A stretch of 46,432 bases of DNA from Nemertoderma westbladi (Eukaryota > Animalia > Xenacoelomorpha), in NCBI GenBank assembly GCA_032718475.1, contig JAUCBJ010007814.1, forward strand, positions 1-46,432. The letters run 5' to 3'. The notes below the pieces were generated by a model. The model was not told the DNA's origin, did not search any database, and was given only the letters and a program-made list of their open reading frames with translations. The translations under genes were made by a program, and so were the position numbers. Below, piece after piece: positions 11,837 to 22,049 of the stretch; within the stretch, counting starts at the first letter, position 1; each line of letters starts with the position of its first letter.

Positions 11837-13208
11837 CCAAATTCCAATCCAGTTCGGAAGAATTTATCAAGGCGATAGAGGACAAGAGACCAGAATCGAC
11901 CATGGATAATCCCACGACAGCCAAAGGGCAGGACATGGCGATTAAAAGAACAGAATCTCAACAGAAGGCATTGGGAATCGTATGGAACAGAGAGACAGAT
12001 GAACTGAAGTATCAGCTGAGCCAGGAGGGCGCAGACATCCACACGAAGAGGGGCTATGTATCGTATATAGCAAGGATATACGATCCCCTAGGCCTAGCAT
12101 CCCCATTATTAGTTACGGGGAAACAGATACTCAAGAGAGTATACAAATTGAAGGATGAGTGGGACGTAGAGGTATCAGAGGAAATCAAGAAACAGTGGAG
12201 TAAGTGGCAGGAGACTTGGAGAAGATGGGAACATACAACATGCCACGAGTGTATTTCCCAGATGGGAACATGACGAATCTGGACCTACACATGTTCTCCG
12301 ATGCGTCGTTGGAGGCGTACGGAGCGGCACTCTACTTAGTATAATGAGGGGGGGCTCATAAACCCAGACTAGCCTTTAGCAAAGCAAAGTCAATGCCGCC
12401 AGATTCAGCATCAGTTCCCAAGTTAGAATTGACAGCTGCGAGACTAGGAGTAAGAGCCACAGCCTACCTAGTGGACACTATTCCCAACATAGTAGAAACG
12501 CACTACTGGACGGACTCCATGGTAGTGCTTGGTTGGCTACATAACGAAAGGACGAGATACCCAATATTCGTCGCAAACAGAGTGGACGAAATAAGGGCGA
12601 CCACAGAACTGGAAAGGTGGCACTACTGCCCAACGGACAAGAACCCAGCAGATTTGTTGTCGAGGGGCGTGGTACGCCACACTTTCTTGAAGAAGGAAGT
12701 ATTGTGGCAACATGGGCCACAATTTCTGAGCGACAAGGAGGCCTGGCCGCCGATGAGAAAGGTGGACCCGGGCTCAGAAGTAGTGTCAGAGGGAGAAGAG
12801 GGAGATTCAGAGGGAGAAGAGATATACTCCCAGATGGTGAGGGAGATTAGGGATGTGCAACCAAAACAAGAACTATGCGATAAACCGACGGATAAACTCC
12901 TTAGCTACAGTTCTAGTTGGTACAAGACCAAGAAATTAGTGGCGTACTGGAGAGCCTTCGGGAATTTCCTCGCGGGAGTTGGCAAAAACAAGATCAAGAC
13001 ATCCATATATCTGGAAGGAGCGGCTAAGGCAATCATCCGCTATGAACAACGGAAGAACTATGGCGACGAGGTAGAACGCGTCGGTAACCAACAGCACCTC
13101 CGACGGGACAGCAAGCTGATCACGCTGTCGCCACAACTTAATGACGACGGGATTCTAGTAATGAACTCTAGGGTGGGATACAACAACAGCATAATCGTAC
13201 CACCATAA
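11820..13208 (+). pseudogene. BEL/Pao RT C-terminus and RNase H (Peptidase_A17-type region), frameshifted
   Basis: KALGIVW, IYDPLG, LHMFSDASLEAYGA (alternative frame at about 12285-12340), PKLEL, WTDS, FVANRV, NPADLLSRG. Confidence 0.9.
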
Positions 13209-14372
13209 CCCATCATCATTCCAACAGGATCGCCAATAGTTCACCAGATTATCTGGGACTCCCACAAGTCGATATTGCACGGGGGCACCAACCGAACCCT
13301 CACCGAGATAAGGAGGACCTTTTGGGTCAAACAGTTGAGGAAGAAGGTAAAAGCGGTGGTGGGGCAGTGCCAGACCTGCCAACGAGCGAAGAAGGAGCGA
13401 GCCATACAAGAGATGGCGCCACTACCAGCGAGTAGGGTAAGACAGCACGACCCGCCATTTACGCATTGCGGTGTGGACATGTTTGGGCCGATAAAGATCA
13501 AGGTGATGCGGCACACGGAGAAACGCTACGGTATCATCTTCGTATGTAACAACACGCGGGCGGTAGGGATAGAACTCACCCAAGATGCAACCGCATCAGC
13601 ATTCATTAATGCCTTAGAAAGGTTCAGGGACCACAAAGGTGGGACGATCGCAGTGATATACAGCGACAACGGGACCAACTTTGTGGGCGCAGAGAATGAG
13701 ATGGCAGAGGCCTTGGACATCCTGGAAGGAGAGGAAGTCAGGGCAGCCATGAGACGACGACAAGTAAAGTGGGAGAGAAGGACACCGTATGCACCACATA
13801 CGCTAGGGTGCGTCGAGAGACTGGTGGGCAGTTCAAAGCGTCTAATGATGAAGCTAATGAACACCCACATGGTCACTGAGGACGTCTTGCGGACAGTGCT
13901 TGCGAAGTGCGAGGGGATCATTAACAGCAGACCGCTATACCCGGAGAATGATGACCCTGAGTCATTAGACGTGCTGACGCCTAGCCATTTCCTGATGGAA
14001 AGGCCAGCGACCATCGATATGCGGGGTGTAGACCCAGATGACATACACTCCCGCCAAAGTTGGAAAGTCGCTAAAGCAATAAGCGCAGAGTATTGGAGGA
14101 GGTGGGTAGAGGAATACCTACCCACACTCCATAAAAGGAGTAAGTGGAGGAAGCCAAATAGGGAGTTAAGAGAGGGAGATCTCGTAATCGTTACGGATGA
14201 TACTATCATCAACAACCAGTGGCGGTTGGCAAGAGTTGTAGGCACTTACTCCGACGAGGACGGAAGAGTCCGATCGGTAGAAGTGCGGATAGGTGGTAAG
14301 ATAGGTGCGAAGGACAGAAAAACCTACAGGAGAGCAGTAGAAAAATGCTGTCTGTTAGAAGGGGCACCTTAG
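13207..14372 (+). CDS. BEL/Pao integrase
   Basis: H...HGG...CQTC zinc domain; GVDMFGP, SDNGTNF and G.VER.V form the DDE core; DUF5641-like C-terminus (W..EYL..L..R.KW, GDLV, W.L.RV). Confidence 0.95.
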
Positions 14373-14489
14373 TGGAGTTGGTAATGAGTTTAGTCGTCCA
14401 AGCTTTGGACTGAGGGGGGTGGGATTGAGGGCGAGACGCCCTTCCCACACATAAAAATAGAAAATAAAAATAAAATAATAGTACATAGT

Positions 14490-15030
14490 AGGTACGCAGT
14501 TAGTAGGCAGAAGTTAGTCAGTAAGAAGGTACGTAGTACCTAGAGTTAGTTAGTCAGTAAGAAGGTACGTAGTACCTAGAGTTAGTCAGTTAGTTAGGAG
14601 GTACGTAGTACCTAGAGTTAGTTAGTTAGGAGGTACGTAGTACCGCTAGTTAAGTAGAGAGTTAGAGGGCACGTAGTACCATCAGTTAGAGAAGAGTTAG
14701 AGGGTACGTAGTACCGTTAGTTAGAGAGTTAGAGGGTATGTAGTACCGTTAGTTAGAAGAGAGTTAGAGGGTACGTAGTACCGTTAGTTAGAGAAGAGTT
14801 AGAGGGTACGTAGTACCGTTAGTTAGAGAAGAGTTAGAGGGTACGTAGTACCGTTAGTTAGAGAAGAGTTAGAGGGTACGTAGTACCGTTAGTTAGAGAG
14901 TTAGAGGGTACGTAGTACCGTTAGGTAGAGAGTTAGAGGGTATGTAGTACCGTTAGTTAGAGAGTTAGAGGGTACGTAGTACCGTTAGTTAGAGAGTTAG
15001 AGGGTACGTAGTACCGTTAGTTAGAGAGAG
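14490..15030 (+). repeat. Tandem array (about 15 units of 32-36 bp) in the BEL 3' region, each with a GGTAC-GTA-GTACC hairpin core
   Basis: Core ggtacgtagtacc recurs from about 14528 to about 15003; the agttag/agag spacers drift along the array. Confidence 0.92.
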
Positions 15031-15380
15031 AGTAAGAGGTAGAAGGGTATGTAGGATATAGATATTAGTTAGCAGTTAGTAGTGAGAGGGGGGCATATGA
15101 GTACAGTTGGATAGATCGTGTAGGCCGCGCGACATATACTGCTGTACTGCACAGGCCCACAGAGTAGGCCAGAATGTGGATTAGGAGATAGAATAATCCA
15201 TAAGCAGTAGCAAGCAATAGGACAGTAGGATTAAAATCAAAATAAAATTAGAATACGAATAGGGCTAAAAGGGGAACAAATTATGGTAACAGTAGTAAGA
15301 ATAGGCAATAACTCAGAAATTCAGAAAGAGATAGGCCATCGAACTGAACTTAAACCACCTAAACCCATCACTCATCACGT

Positions 15381-16350
15381 TTGCGCCTTGGCAAGGCACC
15401 ACCTACGGGTGAGCGATCGGGCAGAGTTCGAGATGGCAGGCAAACTAGATGGGAGAAGATAGAAGCAGAGGAGAGGGAAGAGGAGGCCAGGACACAGAGT
15501 TACGGCTTCGAGGAACAGGCAGGCCTAGACGAACTTCATTGGACTTCATCAGGGAGTTCGGGGGAGTCTCTAGGGCGAGAACTGGGATGGACGGTGGGAT
15601 CACCGAAACAGTCGACGTCAGGGTTGCAAACGATGCCCATACCAGCGGGCGCCGAGGGCGACCAACCGCCAAGGAAGTTAAGGGAGCTAGAGGGATGGAG
15701 AGCTACGGGCGGGAGCCAAGGCGGGAAGGGACATAGTGGATCCATCGGGATACCGGGATTGGAGACACTACCAGAAGAGGAGGACGACGACGACGAGTTC
15801 GGAGAGATGCCGCCCATCGAGAGGATAGGCCACTCGGACACGGACTGGGTTGGCGGGAGGGTGGTGACGGCCAGTGGGGCGAGGGCCTTCTGGGATAGAT
15901 CCGGCAAGCGGACCTGGGTGCACGAGGAGCCGGCGATGGATTTCGCGGGGAGCACTATCAGGTTGGGCGAGCAACCGGGACGGCACCACGGATAGTATTC
16001 GGGGAGACGATGCCCGAGAGGGGCGGAGAGATCGACGTAGACAGGGACACCAACGTGGAGAAGTTCGCCTACCAGCGACTCCACGGACCGCGGAGATCGC
16101 TTGGGACGCAATGAAGATGATCCTATGGGACGCCACCAGGGGGAGACAACAGGGCCACTCTGAGGGGCCACCGGCGAAGCGATATCGGGCACTAATAACA
16201 CCAGCGCCCAAGGAGCCAACAACCGGAATCAGCAGGGAGGTGGCGGCGAAGGTCCGAAAGCAGAAAGCGGATCCCAGAGGAGCGGTGGTAACCAAGAAAC
16301 GACCCAGGGAAGAGGACGCCAGGGGGAACTATCCCCAGAGGAACAGATAG
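15381..16350 (+). other. GC-rich possible extra ORF region between integrase and the 3' LTR, product unknown
   Basis: Overlapping ORFs 15381-15995 (+, TTG start), 15874-16350 (+) and 15536-16222 (-); no recognisable env or other motif. Confidence 0.35.
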
Positions 16351-17070
16351 GTTCCCAGAGCCGAGGGAGAGAAACTGAGACTTGGACGTGGTACGCCTGG
16401 AAGGCGCCGCGTGGGACGTACGAACTATTAAGTACAAATCTAATTAATGCAAATAATCATATAAGTGCAATTCGTATGTACGTACGTAGTAATTAGTAAT
16501 CTACAAATATATACGTTCGGAGTAAGTACTATAGTCATACAACCTTTCTCAATTAGCTACTGGGACTGGGGGGATAACTGACTATGGCACTATGGACGAG
16601 ACACCAGACAATTTCACACTTCTTGAGTGCGACGGCACAAGAGGGGGGGGGGGGGGGGGGGGGAGATTCGTCAGAAGGGATGAGGCAATCGAAGTGGGGT
16701 TGAGGAACGGAGCAATAGTGCGAAGTGCTGAGAGAGTGCGGACGCAATTCTAATGTGGGGGGGGGGGGGGGGGGAGAATAAGAGGCTGAGTGAGGGATGA
16801 GGAGGTCCGAGGGTATGAGAGAGTTAGGGTGAGAGTGGAGAAGAGATAGGGCGAAAGTGTTGGGGAAACAAAAGTCGCGTGAGAGGTGAGCGCGATCGGC
16901 CCGACATGAGACGCCAGGCATACAGGGTAGCGTTATCATACCCATAGGGAGCGGCCTGGAAAGCCGGCTCCGAGAGAAAAGAATTCCACCCCACACCCGA
17001 TACTAGATCGGGATCCAGCGGGATTGTAGCGCACTTAAGGTGGATGCTATCTTCTCACCGGGAAGATAGC

Positions 17071-17082
17071 ATGGGGGGGGAG
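17071..17082 (+). other. Polypurine tract of the BEL element
   Basis: ATGGGGGGGGAG directly abuts the TGT start of the 3' LTR and is preceded by an 11-bp perfect stem-loop (17044-17072). Confidence 0.88.
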
Positions 17083-17629
17083 TGTTAGCTTATTCAATTC
17101 CGCTAACACCCCATAAAGTTAAGCCGATAAGCAATATTGGGGGCCACGAGATTGGGTAATCAACCAACTCGTGCCACCCCAATAAAATGGGAAGGACAAA
17201 CACAATGAGGGTCAGGGGCCAAACCCCTAACCCAGAGAGAACAGGTGGAGTGAACGGAAACACTCCAAAGGGCGCCAACAAGGGTATCAACCAATCAGAG
17301 GGGGGAAAGGCATCGATTAGGTAGAGTAACAAGGCCAACCGTGCAATATAGCCACTTGGCAGTAATCATTTCAGTTCAGTTATCTCAGTATCATATTGGT
17401 GCTAGTTAGGTTAGTTAGTTTAGCTAGGGAAGGACCGGGACTTTAATTACCGTATCCCGCCTTCTGTATACGACAACATTATTCATATACCTATATCTAT
17501 ATACCCTATATCTATATCAGTTATTATATACGACGAACGACACGAACTCCTTTCACCTTTCATACACACGGCGGGGACGCGTGAACTAAACAACCGGATA
17601 AACCGGGATCCTTCCTGGATCCCGTCACA
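17083..17629 (+). repeat. 3' LTR of the BEL/Pao element
   Basis: 547-bp direct repeat of 5231-5777, followed by TSD AGGTA. Confidence 0.97.
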
Positions 17630-17830
17630 AGGTAAAAAAAAATATTGGTGTGAAAAGTAAATATTGATAAGAAATTTTTATATTTCTCAACAAAAAAATA
17701 TAATGTCATTTTTTTCACATGACTGCTGTGGATAGATAGATTTATTTATACATTATGTAAAAACAATAACAAATACACCAAACAATGTACCGGTATAAAG
17801 GTATTGTCCAACATAACATATAGGATTACC

Positions 17831-19364
17831 CAGTGCCGGATTAACCTTAAGGCATATAAGGCACGTGCCTTAGGGCCAGACGAAAATACGGGCCATTTTT
17901 TCTCAGCGAGTCATTCCTGTGAAAAAATTATTTTTATCTGAAAAGTCCGGAAACAGAGCAAGAAAGTGCATCTTTCGACTACTTTCTATCACTAGATTTG
18001 TGGTAGAAATTGCAAAATTGTAGCTCAATCGACCGACAGCTGCTTGTGTTATTAGTTCAAGAACTGATGGCAGGGAAATAATAAAACATGGGCAGTAAAA
18101 CATTAAAGTGCTAATTATGAACAATAGAGAATTTAATTTTATTTATTTGTGGGGAGTTATTTGTAGTTATGTACTTAAATTTTCTAGAACAACCAAATAA
18201 TGACGTGGTGACATACTGGAAATACTGTAGATAGTAAATGTATGGCGTGGAGATATGGTAGTGCGAAATTAATTTTTTTCACCGGAAACGAGTTTTATAA
18301 ATATAGGCCCTAATAGATAAAAAAAATAAATTAGTTGTAGATAAAATATGTAGTTGTTGATAAACAAAACGTGTCAGAAATAACTTCTTGTCACTAATTT
18401 AATTTAACCGAAATTCAGATGTTCTGCCCTCGTGTATTGCATTTTGCATTCGATGGCATTTTAGGTGCAATTCCTGCAAAACCTAAAACTCTCGGACAGC
18501 ATAATTGAATTTTGGCAAATTAAAATTAGTGAGAAAAAGTGCTTATTTCCGAGATTGTTCTCTTATCGAAGAACATTACTTTCTCAGCAAGTCCAAATAT
18601 AGATTAGAAATATTTTATCTTTGCACTAAGCCCCACACTTTTGGTGTGTTATATTTCTCAGCAAGTCCAGTAAAGATAAGTACCCTGCGAAACCTACCCT
18701 ACAGCATATAAATAACAAATTCCCACGATACAATCAAAATTGCTAAATACAGTACCTACAGGGACCAGTCAGCTATAAGGGGGCTCACTATAACCCCTAC
18801 AGAAATGAAATTTATGAAAATTTACATAATTTTTTGCTGTTTGAAAGAAGGGCTTTCATAAAAGGTATATCGGTTTTCAACATTGAATTATTTTTTGACC
18901 TTAAAACTGCTCTTTTCAACAACATAATATATTGCTGATATTTTTGCCTCTCTGTATAAAACAACCTTTTTTTTGCTTGTCGATTTTGACTTTTTTCATC
19001 ACTAAATTCCCTACTACTTTTTAATTTTTTACTCAATTTCCATTAAACATATACCAAAATGTTTAGCATCTTTAGGGCTACAATCGTGAATATTGGTTTG
19101 TAAAACATGGCCATTTGGATCTTCTAGAACCGATTTTGTAACTGCTACACTTTGTCTATCACAAAATAGTACTTAGTACTTATTTGCACGCAGTCATCCA
19201 ACGAAAATACTATATATTCCCTTTGCAACATTTTCACAATTTCAGTTGTTTTTAGCAGCTGTTTCTTTTGAAAGGGTTGGCGGAAAAATAATATCAATTT
19301 TCGGGCCATTTTTGGAAATTACTAAAATGTGCCTTAGGGCCACCAGAGGCTTAATCCGGCACTA
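17831..19364. mobile_element. Non-autonomous hAT-type DNA transposon (MITE)
   Basis: TIRs CAGTGCCGGATTAA / TTAATCCGGCACTA, 8-bp TSD GGATTACC (17823-30 and 19365-72), subterminal direct repeat GTGCCTTAGGGCCA, no transposase ORF. Confidence 0.92.
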
Positions 19365-19809
19365 GGATTACCCCTAAAGCTTTGCAGCTTATTTCCAAGG
19401 GGGTCCTTTATGTTACTTGGTTACAAATACAATATTACACTACGCTAACCTAAAACCAATATAAAACGTAATTACACTATGTACATGTACAACTTTACCG
19501 AGAGCGTGACAATGCCCGACTCAACGATAAAGATGTAATGTACAGAACAATTTATTATAAAACGTAATTACAGTATAAATAGTAAATAATTAATAAACTA
19601 ATAACTTACTGTAGGACTATTGTACCTATTTTTACATTGCACACGGAGGTGAGATTTAACTGCAGATTTAAAAGAATGTTGATTATTTAGGTTTTTAATT
19701 TCATTAGGCAGAGCGTTCCAATTTTTTATGCCGTTAAAAAAGAAAGTATCAGATTCGAAGGATTTACAATTCGGGAGGTAGAAGTTTGAAGCACTAGCTC
19801 TGGTACTGT

Positions 19810-20826
19810 CATTTCATTTCATTTTTATTCCAGACATTGAATTATACAATATATTATTACATTATTTTAGTAAAACATTATATAATACCCGTCCATATCA
19901 TTTATAAAATTGAGCACAATTATTGAATTATTAAATACATACTGCTACCTACACTACGGAAAAATAATTTACCAGAGCCTAATATTTAAACATATTGGTG
20001 GGACCGTATTATTGACACACTTCGAAAATTCTAGACACCATATGGCAATTATTACTTATTGACTTCAATACATTATTATCAGTTTTATCCAACCGATGGA
20101 GCAGACTAGTGTTAGCCTTATAGATATTATCACTGAACAATGGTAGTTTTAACTGATGTAGTGAGAGCGAAATACTTGTCGTCTCGCCGTTTGTCATTCT
20201 TGGAATCTTAAATAACTGCCTAGCAGCGTTATTGTATGCTACGGAAATCTTATTATATATGCTATTTGAATAGTTGCGGCGAGACCACAAAGCACAGCAA
20301 TAAACCTGAGTACAATATGCACGAAATAAACAAAGCTTTATAGCTGTCGAGCAGCTACCGAATTTACGCACAATAATGTTTGCACGAGCATAAAGAGAAC
20401 CCATCTGGGCCTTTATATCTTGTGTATCATCAGTACTACTGCACAAAATATGTCCTAAATATGAGAATTTATCAACAATATCGATTTCTTTACCGTATAA
20501 CAACACTTTTGCAACTGATGTATTTTTGAAGCACTTTGGAATAAAATATAAACACTTTGTTTTCTTTGTATTGAATAAAATCGAATTTTGATTAGCATGT
20601 GATACGGCCTTATTAATTAATATTTGTAATCCTACAATAGAGTTTGACATTAAACATAAATCATCGGCATACAGTATATTATTAATTCTAGAATTACCAA
20701 TCATACACCCGACACCTGTGTCTGAAAGGTCGGTGCTCAGATCATCAAAATATACGATAAACAAAATCGGTGAAAATATTCCACCTTGTTTAGTCCCATT
20801 GGTTATCTTAAATTGAGATGATAATA
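19810..20826 (-). mobile_element. 5'-truncated LINE (RTE-X-like) nested in the L2/Crack element
   Basis: NGTKQGGIFSP, LYADDL, YLGH and LFRAYC...LW (ORF 20009-20826), the same type as ORF2 at 32122-34992. 3' tail AATAAA(AATGA)n; 5-bp TSD ACTGT (19805-09 and 20827-31). Confidence 0.9.
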
Positions 20827-21780
20827 ACTGTAAGAGTGTGTATCGCGTACTCTGTTGAATTTTTGTTTTAGGTAATTGGGACATTTACCATTATACACTT
20901 TATGCACATGGTTAAGGCGTAGCTGCTTAACTCTACTATCTAAGTTAAGTAGTCCAGATTCAGAAAAGTCATCTGGAGTTAGGTGGTGCCTAGGTTTGTA
21001 GTCTTTAATAAATCGTACTACTTTATTCTGAGCTACTTGTAATTTACATTTAAGCTGTTTGGTTAAGCCTTCATACCAAGAGGAGCACGCATAGTCCATG
21101 TGACACTGTATTAAAGAAGAGCAAAGTAACTTGCGGGAGTCGGTGTTCAAACTACTTTTATTTCTGTATAGAAACCTAAGCCTACTGTTAACTTTCGAGA
21201 AAATATTTTTCACTGTACTTTCTCCTGATAAGCAGTTATCCAATGTGGCGCCTAAATATTTAACTTCCTTTTTATTTTCAATCTTATGTCCATTACTAGT
21301 GACTTCAAACTTAGTTACCTTCTTTAACTTTCTTTTGGAACCAAACAAAATACTTTCAGTTTTACCGTAGTGAATGGATAGCTTATTATCAACCAACCAC
21401 TCATTACAGGATTCTAGATCTGCACTTAACTTTTGGGAAATATGGATAGGATCTTTATGAGAGAAAATAAGAGCACTGTCGTCGGCATATAAAATGAGTT
21501 TAAAATCGGGATCTATACTACTTATCATATCATTTACATAGCATACAAAAAGCAGAGGACCTAATATACTACCTTGCGGTACACCACAGGTAATCTCTTG
21601 TACTGTAGACAGCGATTTGCTAATGACTACAGTTTGACCTCTGTCTGACAGGTAGGACTTGAACCAGTCTATAGAACCTACACCCATCAGGCCTAACTTA
21701 CCAAGCAGAATTTCATGATCTACAGTGTCTTCTGCTGTGTCTTCAGCTGTGTCTTCTTCTTGACAAAATATATACAGACA

Positions 21781-21794
21781 CGGAAGCGGAAGTG
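21781..21794 (+). promoter_or_regulatory. Tandem ETS-type boxes (CGGAAGCGGAAGTG), candidate core promoter of the PARN-family gene
   Basis: Matches the CGGAAG(T) ETS/GABP consensus twice, about 260 bp upstream of the ATG at 22050. Confidence 0.5.
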
Positions 21795-22049
21795 AGGCGT
21801 TGTAGAAGGGTAGTGTTGTTGTGGTCATCGTGATTCCGCTAACGAGCTAACGATCAGTGTTTTGTTTTTGTATCACACACAATATTATTAGTGTTGGATT
21901 CAGAGTTTGTACACCGCCTACCACCACATCATCAGCACTGTATCTGAAAACATTGTACCAGTGCCAGAGTGCGGTAGCGATAGGCCCTAGTTCCTACTTC
22001 CTTCCTAGTAATACAGTAATAGGCTACTACACTTCGGACAACAGCATAA

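Larger units (their letters stand above)
5231..17629 (+). mobile_element. Full-length BEL/Pao LTR retrotransposon (12.4 kb)
   Basis: Two 547-bp LTRs (TGT...ACA); 5-bp TSD AGGTA (5226-30 and 17630-34); PPT before the 3' LTR; domain order gag-PR-RT-RH-IN with BEL-type motifs (KFDG, FYVDD, IYDPLG, FSDAS, VPKLEL, WTDS, NPAD). Confidence 0.97.
17731..21731 (-). mobile_element. 5'-truncated CR1-group (L2/Crack-like) LINE carrying two nested insertions
   Basis: RT motifs DTVDH, GVPQGSILGPLLF, YADD, KYLG and DYACSSWY (20827-21729). The frame resumes after the nested LINE (HSY-STRAS...KNWNALP, about 19600-19809). 3' tail AATAAA(TCTA)n at 17731-17746; 8-bp TSD CTGCTGTG (17723-30 and 21732-39). Confidence 0.88.

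Noticed and set aside
5806-14448. Many minus-strand ORFs across the BEL element
   Set aside because: These are shadow ORFs of a purine-rich coding strand, with no motifs.
15381-16350. env gene
   Set aside because: No signal peptide plus transmembrane anchor, furin site or fusion-protein cysteine pattern is recognisable; kept only as unknown cargo.
20009-21828. Single LINE with two RT domains
   Set aside because: The ACTGT TSD and resumption of the outer frame at 19809 show two different nested LINEs.
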